DNA of 64,000 nucleotides. It comes from Thermoprotei archaeon. GTDB lineage: Archaea; Thermoproteota; Thermoprotei_A; Sulfolobales; Acidilobaceae. The translations under genes and the position numbers were made by a program. The notes under the pieces are model-generated. The model saw only the letters and a list, made by a program, of their open reading frames with translations. It was not told where the DNA came from and did not search any database. The number at the start of each line of letters is the position of its first letter. Positions within the stretch are counted from its first letter, which is position 1. Shown here piece after piece: positions 49,261 through 56,855 of this stretch. The DNA lies in the NCBI GenBank assembly GCA_029335875.2, contig JARJMZ020000004.1, positions 22,649-86,648 of the forward strand, read 5' to 3'.

Positions 49261-50013
49261 ATGGGTGGTAGTAGGCATCTCAAGGCTTTAACAGCCCCGG
49301 AGTTCTGGCCCATACTTAGGAAAGAGTATAAGTGGACTGTAAAGCCTAGGCCCGGCCCCCACTCTGCGAACGCGAGTATACCGCTACTTTTAATAGTGAG
49401 GGATGTCCTAGGGTATGCTCTCACAGCTAGAGAGGCTAGGAGGCTTATAGCTGAAGGTCATTTTAAGGTTGACGGTGCTGTTAGAAAGGATTATAAGTTC
49501 CCCGTAGGCTTCATGGATGTTATAGAGATACCTAAGACAGGCGAGATTTACAGGATGCTGCCTTACCCTGTGAAGTTCTTCAAGCTCGAGCCTATATCCG
49601 TTAATGAGGCTAAGGTGAAGCCCCTCAGGATAGAGGGTAAGACTACGGTTAAGGGGGGGCACTTACAGCTCAACCTCTTCGACGGCAGGAACGTGATCGT
49701 TAAAGTTAAAGACCCGAGAAACCCTGTCGAGGACGTTTACGAGACCATGGGAACCCTAATAGTGACCATACCAGAGTTGGAGATTAAAAGCTACATAGGC
49801 TTAGGGGAGGGTAAGATAGCGATAGTCGTTGGGGGGAAGGCTGTAGGCAGGGTTGGCGTTATTAAATCCATAACATGGGGTTGGAGGAGGGAGTCTACAG
49901 TGGTCACGCTTGAAGACTCTAGGGGCAGCATTTTCCAGACGAGCCTCAACTACGTTTACGTGATAGGCGAGGATAAGCCTCTAATAAAACTACCTGAGGG
50001 TGCGTGGAAGTGA
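49261..50013 (+). CDS. rps4e: 30S ribosomal protein S4e (eS4)
   Basis: MGGSRHLKALTAPEFWPI...PGPH... followed by S4 and KOW domains. Confidence 0.92.
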   Translation: MGGSRHLKALTAPEFWPILRKEYKWTVKPRPGPHSANASIPLLLIVRDVLGYALTAREARRLIAEGHFKVDGAVRKDYKFPVGFMDVIEIPKTGEIYRMLPYPVKFFKLEPISVNEAKVKPLRIEGKTTVKGGHLQLNLFDGRNVIVKVKDPRNPVEDVYETMGTLIVTIPELEIKSYIGLGEGKIAIVVGGKAVGRVGVIKSITWGWRRESTVVTLEDSRGSIFQTSLNYVYVIGEDKPLIKLPEGAWK

Positions 50014-50567
50014 GCGCCCTAACCCCTGAGGTTGTCGAGAGGATACTAGAGGAGTGGAAGAGGCAGCCTATGAGGAGGCCTAGAATATCTAAAGTAACCC
50101 TCAACATGGGGATAGGGCAGGGCGGCGAGAAGCTCGCTAAAGCCTTGAAGGTTCTAGAACAGCTTACTGGGCGGAAGCCCGTCCCTAGGAGGGCTAGGAA
50201 AACCATAAGGGACTTCGGCGTGAGGAAGGGGGAGAATATAGGGGCTATAGTTACTTTGAGGGGTGAGGATGCTGTTAACGTTCTAAGGAAAACCCTTGAG
50301 GCCGTAGGCTATAGGATTAAAGCCTCAAGCCTTGACAATTATGGGAACGTGTGTTTCGGCATACCGGAGCATATTCAAATACCGGGGATGAAGTATGACC
50401 CGGAGATAGGCATATTCGGCTTAGACGTATGCATAACAATCCAGAGGCCGGGCTACAGGGTGGCTTTGAGGAGGAGGGCTAAGAGGAGGATCCCGGAGAG
50501 GCATAGGGTTACGAGGGAGGAGGCTATGGTGTTTTTAAGCCAGACCCTTAAAATAGTATTTACATAG
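50004..50567 (+). CDS. rpl5: 50S ribosomal protein L5 (uL5)
   Basis: ISKVTLNMGIGQGG...RKTIRDFGVRKGE...VTLRG. Confidence 0.92.
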   Translation: MEVSALTPEVVERILEEWKRQPMRRPRISKVTLNMGIGQGGEKLAKALKVLEQLTGRKPVPRRARKTIRDFGVRKGENIGAIVTLRGEDAVNVLRKTLEAVGYRIKASSLDNYGNVCFGIPEHIQIPGMKYDPEIGIFGLDVCITIQRPGYRVALRRRAKRRIPERHRVTREEAMVFLSQTLKIVFT

Positions 50568-50580
50568 GGGGTGCCTGGGG

Positions 50581-50745
50581 CTGGCTAAATTTAAACCTCC
50601 AAAACCCAAGACTATGGGCAGAGGAGCTCAGAAATGTCAGAGGTGCGGCACGAGGGATGCTGTTATACAAAAGTACGACTTATACCTTTGCAGGCAGTGC
50701 TTCAGGGAAATAGCTTACGCTTTAAACTTCAGGAAATACTCCTAG
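50581..50745 (+). CDS. rps14: 30S ribosomal protein S14 type Z (uS14), not in the ORF track
   Basis: Manual translation: (L)AKFKPPKPKTMGRGAQKCQRCGTRDAVIQKYDLYLCRQCFREIAYALNFRKYS, stop TAG 50743-50745, with a C4 zinc motif. The full-length form would need CTG 50581 as its start. The only canonical in-frame start is ATG 50614. Confidence 0.85.
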   Translation: MAKFKPPKPKTMGRGAQKCQRCGTRDAVIQKYDLYLCRQCFREIAYALNFRKYS

Positions 50746-50756
50746 GGTGAAGACAG

Positions 50757-51158
50757 ATGGTTATGATGGACACCCTCTCTAACGCCCTCGCAACCATAAA
50801 GAACTGTGAGATGAGAGGTAAAAGGGAAGCCCTAATAATGCCAGCCTCAAAGCTAATAGCCGAAGTCTTAAGAGTAGTACAGAAAGAAGGGTACATAGGG
50901 GACTTCGAGTACATAGACGATGGGAGATGGGGGAAATTCAGGGTACAACTCTTGGGGAGGATAAACAACATAGGAGTAATAAAGCCTAGGACATCGGTCA
51001 AATACGTGGAACTAGTGAAACTACCAGAAAACCTGAGAAAATACCTGGCAAGCAGAGACATGGGAATACTAATACTAACAACAAACCAGGGAGTAATGTC
51101 CCACAAAGAAGCCATAGCCAGAAAAATAGGAGGAATAGCAATCGCATACGTATACTAA
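50757..51158 (+). CDS. rps8: 30S ribosomal protein S8 (uS8)
   Basis: [19 protein letters not shown]...[17 protein letters not shown]...GGIAIAYVY. Confidence 0.92.
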   Translation: MVMMDTLSNALATIKNCEMRGKREALIMPASKLIAEVLRVVQKEGYIGDFEYIDDGRWGKFRVQLLGRINNIGVIKPRTSVKYVELVKLPENLRKYLASRDMGILILTTNQGVMSHKEAIARKIGGIAIAYVY

Positions 51159-51227
51159 ACCTTAAAAACAAACCCCACAAAAACCAGTTTAACCCCTTAT
51201 AAACCCTACACGCCTAAGTAAACTTGT

Positions 51228-51505
51228 GGTGGGTGCCCCCCAAGCATCCGCGCGGACACGCTAACCCCAACCCGAGGGGACTAAACCCGCGGACGCAATA
51301 AGGGGGGTATAGAGTAGCAGAGGAAACCATAAAAGCCCAAGAGAAGGCAAACCTCAGGGAGACCCCTGAGGTAAACGCCTCTCAAGGGCTCTAAGGTTTC
51401 CCCTGCCACTCTACACCCCTCTAAAGCGCCCGCGAGCTTAGCCCCCTCACCGGGCCCGGGGGTGAAGGTTAGCGTGTTTCTAGAAATGCTTGAGGGGCAC
51501 CCGCC
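51228..51505. ncRNA. GC-rich nested-palindrome element; candidate structured ncRNA of unknown class (strand unresolved)
   Basis: A terminal 20-bp helix (GGTGGGTGCCCCCCAAGCAT / ATGCTTGAGGGGCACCCGCC) encloses three hairpins. One of them is a near-perfect hairpin of about 120 nt (51302-51420). There is no ORF. TTATAAA at 51197-51203 lies about 25-31 nt upstream of the + strand 5' end. Confidence 0.45.
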
Positions 51506-51531
51506 TCCTATAGAATCATTACATAAAATTT

Positions 51532-51652
51532 AGACTATTTTCTAGAGTATAATCTCTGGAGTTTCTTGGTTAACATGGTTGCTTGGAGACATTGAGGCTA
51601 GGGGAAGCCGGGCCCAATACCATGGTGTTGGGTTCTGGCGCCGTTTCTCAGC
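51532..51652 (+). repeat. interspersed element copy F: 121-bp internal-deletion derivative
   Basis: The 5' module (AGACTATTTTCTAGAGTATAATCTCTGGAGTTTCTTGGTTAACATGGTTGCTTGGAGACATTGAGG) joins directly to the 3' part (CTAGGGGAAGCCGGGCCCAATACCATGGTGTTGGGTTCTGGCGCC). Confidence 0.8.
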
Positions 51653-51659
51653 CTCCTTT

Positions 51660-52973
51660 TTACCACATTGTTAGGAATATTATTAGGCTTATAACATAGT
51701 GGATTATTAGGCTTACTATGGTGAATGGTATCGTGATTTTCATCCACTCGTGCCACACTACTTTTCTTCCTAGGGCTTTCTCAGCTAGTACTAGTGATAG
51801 GTATAGTGCTGGGGCTCCAGCTATTGTCGCGTTGCTCCCTAGGGTTCCAGACCATACTGTGGCCCAGAGGTGTGGCCATGGGTCTATGCCGTGCTCTGTT
51901 GCCGCTTGTTTTAGTGTTACGAGTGTTGTGAGTATTATGGCGTCGTGCTCTATTACAGTTGATAGGGATGCTACGATCCAGTATGTCATTGTGTAGGATG
52001 TTGCTAGCGGCCCCGCTAAATACCCTGATAGGGTTGCTGCGACACTACCTATCCAGCCTCCTATTTCGAGCCCTTTAACTAGGCTGAATAGTGAAGCGTA
52101 GAATATGACGACTTTCCACTCCATGTCTCTAAGCACTTCCTCGAAGCTTGGTATCCTGTTGAGCCTTATTCTTAGGATTTCGAGGGTTAAAGCTGTAGCT
52201 ATAGCCGTGGACATAGATATGGCTCCTAGGGGGACGTTGCCGAGCATTGGCCTTATAGACGCTAAGGCTATGAACACTAGGAACCCGGCTATCGAGCACG
52301 CCGCCGTCACCCTATCCACTTCAGGCTTCTCCAGGTTTAAACCGGATAGAGGCACGTTGCGCAGCCCCCCAAACCATATGCGGTAGAATATGGCTAACGT
52401 CAGGATATACGATAGTGTTAAGAGGAGGAAACTGCCCGGGACCCCCCTAAACCATATGAAATCCAGGAACTCAGCCCCCGCAACACTATGGAGCATCTGA
52501 GGCGGCAAGTCCCCTAGAAGGAGGGCTGTACCCATGTAGTTAGCCGCTAAACCCACAATCATGGCTGCGATTAGGGGGTTTTGCCTAAGTTTTCTAGCAG
52601 TTTCAACAGCTAGACCTCCGAAGAGTAGTATTACGAGGACATTATCCACAAACATCGTTACGAAAGCGGCCATTAAAGTTATTGTTAGAAGGAGCTGGCC
52701 GTAGCTCGCAGACCTCTCGACAGCCAGGTACACGAGATACTCCGGGACCCTCGACTTTGAAAGGTAGCCGGAGAGAGTCCACATACCTATGAGTATCATT
52801 ATAACATTCCAGTCTACAGCCTTAAACGCGTCAACAAAAGTATAGTTTTCCGAGAGAACAGCTAAAACTACGACCCCCGCTAAAGCTATAAGACCCCTCT
52901 CCAAAGGGGCAAATATTATAGCTAATATTGTCATCAAAACTATTGCTAACGAAACATAATCCACCACTGACAC
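51660..52973 (-). CDS. ArsB/NhaD-superfamily (SLC13/CitMHS-like) ion transporter
   Basis: 437-aa polytopic protein with two homologous halves and family-like segments. Substrate unknown. Confidence 0.65.
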   Translation of the reverse strand: MSVVDYVSLAIVLMTILAIIFAPLERGLIALAGVVVLAVLSENYTFVDAFKAVDWNVIMILIGMWTLSGYLSKSRVPEYLVYLAVERSASYGQLLLTITLMAAFVTMFVDNVLVILLFGGLAVETARKLRQNPLIAAMIVGLAANYMGTALLLGDLPPQMLHSVAGAEFLDFIWFRGVPGSFLLLTLSYILTLAIFYRIWFGGLRNVPLSGLNLEKPEVDRVTAACSIAGFLVFIALASIRPMLGNVPLGAISMSTAIATALTLEILRIRLNRIPSFEEVLRDMEWKVVIFYASLFSLVKGLEIGGWIGSVAATLSGYLAGPLATSYTMTYWIVASLSTVIEHDAIILTTLVTLKQAATEHGIDPWPHLWATVWSGTLGSNATIAGAPALYLSLVLAEKALGRKVVWHEWMKITIPFTIVSLIIHYVISLIIFLTMW

Positions 52974-53038
52974 CTAAATTCCAATTAAAATGCGGCGTTC
53001 ACCCCCTAAAAGCTTAACCTAGAATATCGTGGAAAACC

Positions 53039-53398
53039 TCACGCTTCAACACTCAAAACCCTATCTCCGGCATCCCCAAACCTGGAACTATGAAGTATCT
53101 ATCGTCAAGTTCAGGATCTAACGCTAAACAGTATATGAGAACATCAGGGCGTTAAACCCCCCCACAAACTCCACCCCTTACTTTAATAATAGAGGCTACA
53201 ACAACCTTCCCAGACCCCCTAGCTTTAGCCTCCCTCACAGCAAACCCCACGGTTTTACCGGTGGCTGGCATAGGGTTAACAACTATAACTGCCCCCCTTC
53301 AAGCCTTAGGCGCTCTCAGATAGAAAACGTCCATTGAAACGCCGCCTACATCCTCCCCCCTCTTAGCAGCTATTAGAGCTATAGGAGCACCTCTATAT
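53039..53398 (-). pseudogene. upp: uracil phosphoribosyltransferase remnant (5'-truncated, two in-frame stops, one frameshift)
   Basis: Manual translation: ...IALIAAKRGEDVGGVSMDVFYLRAPKA*RGAVIVVNPMPATGKTVGFAVREAKARGSGKVVVASIIKVRGGVCGGV*RPDVLIYCLALDPELDDRYFIVPGLG. A 1-nt loss in a G-run then shifts the frame before the (D)AGDR motif. It aligns with the C-terminal half or so of E. coli Upp as I recall it. The N-terminal part is absent, and homology stops at the edge of copy G. Confidence 0.75.
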
Positions 53399-53667
53399 AG
53401 ACTGTTTTCTAGAGTGAAATCTTTGGGGTCTTTTGGTTAACATGCCGGTATAATGCGGTGCCCGAGGGCTATGAGAATTTAGGGTTTAATTTTCAGTGTC
53501 CCCTAATTTTACTAGCGGCGAGCCCGCCCCTATGATTGGCAGTTGGAGGCGGGGGCAGGGCGGCCCCAGTAATGCCCGCCTATGGAGCCTCCAATGGGCT
53601 GGGGGCCGGAGCCTAAAACCATAGGAAAGAAACAAAAACACCCACGGCATTAGGTTCCGGCGTCCAC
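53399..53667 (+). repeat. interspersed element copy G (about 269 bp)
   Basis: AGACTGTTTTCTAGAGTGAAATCTTTGG...GGGCGGCCCCAGTAATGCCCGCCTATGGAGCCTCCAATGGGCTGGGGGCCGGAGCC...GGTTCCGGCGTCCAC. This is the most diverged full-length copy. Confidence 0.85.
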
Positions 53668-53944
53668 AACCTGGAATTTCTCAAGGAGGCCTAGAGATGG
53701 CCTAGAACGCCGGCAAGCGGGGGGCTCTGGAAGATCTGAAACCCTAACATTAAGAGGGGTCTCAACGCGGCAGGACTCTATCCCAGTCTCTAGGGACTTT
53801 AATAGTGAGTATTGTGCCCGCCACCCTCATAAAACCTCTAAAATCCCTAATCCCGCTATTCTTATCTTCCGGGAACGGCGGGCGGTTCTTCGGGTGTTGC
53901 GTGCGGTCGTGTTATTGATTTAATAGGTGTGGTTAAGGATTTTT

Positions 53945-55396
53945 ATGTTGGTGTTAGCGATAGTGTTTCCTAGAGACTTCCTGTTCGGGTTCTCGGAGTC
54001 TGGTTTCCAGTTTGAAATGGGCTTCAAGGGCTCTGAGGATCCTAATAGTGACTGGTGGGTTTGGGTTCGCGACTTTGAGAACGTTATTAGCGGTGTTGTG
54101 AGCGGGGACTTGCCGGAGGATGGTGTTGGCTACTGGGACCTCTACTCTGCAGATCACGAGCTGGCCGCTAGGCTTGGGATGAACTGTGCTAGGATCGGCG
54201 TTGAATGGAGTAGGATATTTCCCAGGCCCACATATGATGTTAGGGTTGACGTGGAGAGGGATGAGGGGGGTAATATAACCTCTATAGGCGTTGACTATAG
54301 AGCTTTAGAGGAGCTGGACAGGGTCGCCAGTAGGGAGGCTGTGGGACGCTATCGTAGTATCCTGGGCGATTGGAGGAGTAGAGGCGGCATAGTCATAGTT
54401 AACCTTAACCATTTCACTCTACCTTTATGGCTCCACGACCCGGTAGCTGTTAGGAGGCAGGGGCCCGGCAGGGCTCCTTCAGGGTGGCTTAGCAGCTCTG
54501 CGGTCGTAGAGTTCGCCAAGTACGCTTCCTACATAGCCTGGAAGTTCGACGACCTCGCAGATTATTATAGTACTTTAAACGAGCCCACTATAATCTATAT
54601 TGCCGGGTACCTCAACGTCAAATCAGGGTTCCCCCCCGGGTATATTAGCTTCGACGCCGCCAGGGAAGCGGCTAAGAACCTGGCTGAGGCTCACGCGAGA
54701 GCCTACGAGGCTATTAAGAGGATATCAAAGAAGCCTGTGGGCTTAATAAACGCTACTACGGCCGTGGAGCCCATAAGCCCCGACCACGCTGAGCTAGCCG
54801 AGATAGCCAGCTCCATAATCAACTACCCCATCCTAGACGCTGTGACCACGGGAAAGTCTATGATTATAGGGGAAAGGAGAGACCTAGCTGGTAAGCTGGA
54901 CTGGATCGGCGTCAACTACTATAGTAGGACTGTAATCAAACCAGACACCCCACCTTTAGGGTTCAAACTAGTGGAAGGCTACGGGTTCAACTGCGGCGGG
55001 GTAACATCGCTAGCAGGCAGGCGCTGCAGCGATTTCGGCTGGGAGGTTTACCCGGAGGGGTTATACAAGGTTTTACTGGAAGTGTGGAGGAGGTATGGGC
55101 TTGAAATTATAGTCACCGAGAACGGAGTAGCAGACAAAGAGGATATCATTAGGCCCGGGTTCATCGCCTCACATATGGCTATGACAGCTAAAGCTCTGGA
55201 GGAGGGGGTCAAAGTTAAAGGATACCTACACTGGGCCTTAACGGATAACTACGAGTGGGCTCAAGGGTTCAGGATGAGGTTCGGCCTAGCTAAGGTGGAC
55301 TATGAGAGTAAAAAGAGGAAGCTAAGACCCAGCTCTCTAATATTTAAGGAGATAGCGGAAAACAGGGGAATCCCAGGCGAGCTAGAGTATGTTTAA
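53945..55396 (+). CDS. GH1 beta-glycosidase
   Basis: FPRDFLFGFSESGFQFEMG, the acid/base TLNEP and the nucleophile VTENGVAD. The start is uncertain (ATG 53945 or GTG 53963). Confidence 0.9.
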   Translation: MLVLAIVFPRDFLFGFSESGFQFEMGFKGSEDPNSDWWVWVRDFENVISGVVSGDLPEDGVGYWDLYSADHELAARLGMNCARIGVEWSRIFPRPTYDVRVDVERDEGGNITSIGVDYRALEELDRVASREAVGRYRSILGDWRSRGGIVIVNLNHFTLPLWLHDPVAVRRQGPGRAPSGWLSSSAVVEFAKYASYIAWKFDDLADYYSTLNEPTIIYIAGYLNVKSGFPPGYISFDAAREAAKNLAEAHARAYEAIKRISKKPVGLINATTAVEPISPDHAELAEIASSIINYPILDAVTTGKSMIIGERRDLAGKLDWIGVNYYSRTVIKPDTPPLGFKLVEGYGFNCGGVTSLAGRRCSDFGWEVYPEGLYKVLLEVWRRYGLEIIVTENGVADKEDIIRPGFIASHMAMTAKALEEGVKVKGYLHWALTDNYEWAQGFRMRFGLAKVDYESKKRKLRPSSLIFKEIAENRGIPGELEYV

Positions 55397-55419
55397 TAGC
55401 ATATTTCGTTTACCGCATG

Positions 55420-56757
55420 CTAAACCCTGCGGGCCCTATCTTCTAAAGTCCTAATTAGTTTAACGTGATCGCTATGGTATGTTTTAATTAAAGGCAGCCA
55501 AAACAGGGCGCATATAGTCCAAGCTAATGTAGCTGTTGTTAAAGCGTAATAGTATGAGTATGTTTCCTCTACACCCATACTCTTGTAGGCTACTATAATG
55601 AAGCCTCCAAGGAAGGGGGCTATAGATGCTCCTATTCTATTAGTTATATTGAATATAGCGTAGACAGTAGCTCTATGTTCTGGTAGGGTAGTCTCGCTTA
55701 TAATGGATGTAACGTTAGGGCCGGCCCAAGCTACTGGGATGAAAGTTATGAAAGCGAACATCATCAGGGGCAGTAAAGCCTTCCAGCTAGCGTCCCCATA
55801 GGGGTAATTGTAGCTTATTAGGGCTAACGTGAGGATCATTCCACTAACTATTCCCGTAATAGATATGTATACTCTAGAGTTGAAAACCCCCCTACCTTTC
55901 AAAACGTCTGATAGCAAGCCTCCCATAAGCGTGCCGGTAAGAACCCCTAAACCAGCCGCCATGACTACTAGTGTGCCAGCAGACTCCGGGAGCCCCCATA
56001 TAACGTTCATGAACGTTACAGACCAGAACACTATTACACCCCAGGGTACTGTTCCTGGTATACCTTGGAGAAATAGGAATACTATTGTGTATGTTCTCCT
56101 AAGCTCTCCTAACAGTTCTCGGACCTTAATCTTATACTCATAACTATAGCCTGTCTCATAAAGCCTCCTAATTTCAGGCTCCGCCATGCCTAACTTTACG
56201 TTCCCAAGAGCTACATATATTAGGGGAGCTATTAGTATCAGAGGTGCCGACGTGACTATAAAGGGGACCCTCCAATTCTCCCTAGCGAAGACGCCAGCAA
56301 GAAGCATCCCCCCTAAGACACCTAAGCCTATAGATAACGCTGCGACCCCGTAAACCATTCCTCTACGCTCCCTCGGCGTTATATCTGCTAATATGGAGTT
56401 GAGGAGGGGGTAGCTCCCGAAAATCCCTACGCCGCTAAGGGTCCTAGCTATTAGAAGCTCATAGTAGTTTCTAGCTAAGGCTGTTAAAAGTGTGGGTATA
56501 GCGCCCATTAATATTGTAGCCGCAAACAAGAGCCTTCTATCAAACTTATCGCCCAGGTAACCCCAAATTATTGACGATAAAGAGCCCACAATTACAGGCA
56601 TGAAGCCTAGAAGGCCTGCGTAGAGCTCCCAAGACTCTCCCCCTATTATCATGCCCTCCTCTCTTAGGGTTAATATTAGAGGGACTAGGAGGTTCTGCTC
56701 GGAGTTTAGAATAGCTACGCCAACCATCATTATTAAAATGACGAGTATCGTGGTCAA
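55420..56757 (-). CDS. MFS transporter
   Basis: 445 aa, 12 helices, and GDKFDRRLL after TM2. Confidence 0.8.
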   Translation of the reverse strand: MTTILVILIMMVGVAILNSEQNLLVPLILTLREEGMIIGGESWELYAGLLGFMPVIVGSLSSIIWGYLGDKFDRRLLFAATILMGAIPTLLTALARNYYELLIARTLSGVGIFGSYPLLNSILADITPRERRGMVYGVAALSIGLGVLGGMLLAGVFARENWRVPFIVTSAPLILIAPLIYVALGNVKLGMAEPEIRRLYETGYSYEYKIKVRELLGELRRTYTIVFLFLQGIPGTVPWGVIVFWSVTFMNVIWGLPESAGTLVVMAAGLGVLTGTLMGGLLSDVLKGRGVFNSRVYISITGIVSGMILTLALISYNYPYGDASWKALLPLMMFAFITFIPVAWAGPNVTSIISETTLPEHRATVYAIFNITNRIGASIAPFLGGFIIVAYKSMGVEETYSYYYALTTATLAWTICALFWLPLIKTYHSDHVKLIRTLEDRARRV

Positions 56758-56855
56758 ACTTTATCCCCCCTGCCTATGTGATATTTATGAGTATTTTAAA
56801 TTTAAATTTTCCTAATTAGCAGTAAGTCTAGGAAGCCGCCGAGGCTGAAGCTACT

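Noticed and set aside
51228-51505. Assignment as RNase P RNA, tempting because Rpp29 is nearby and GAGGAAAC / GGTTAG segments resemble P4 strands. I also considered SRP RNA.
   Set aside because: The GAGGAAACC segment is locked in a 25-bp near-perfect helix. No P8/P9/P12-type branching and no SRP helix-8 motif could be found by eye. I keep it only as an unclassified candidate pending a covariance-model search.
1820-53667. The repeated elements as a CRISPR array or as tRNA/att duplications.
   Set aside because: The copies are kilobases apart, occur in both orientations, are 120-285 bp long and lack regular spacers. They do not overlap either tRNA gene.
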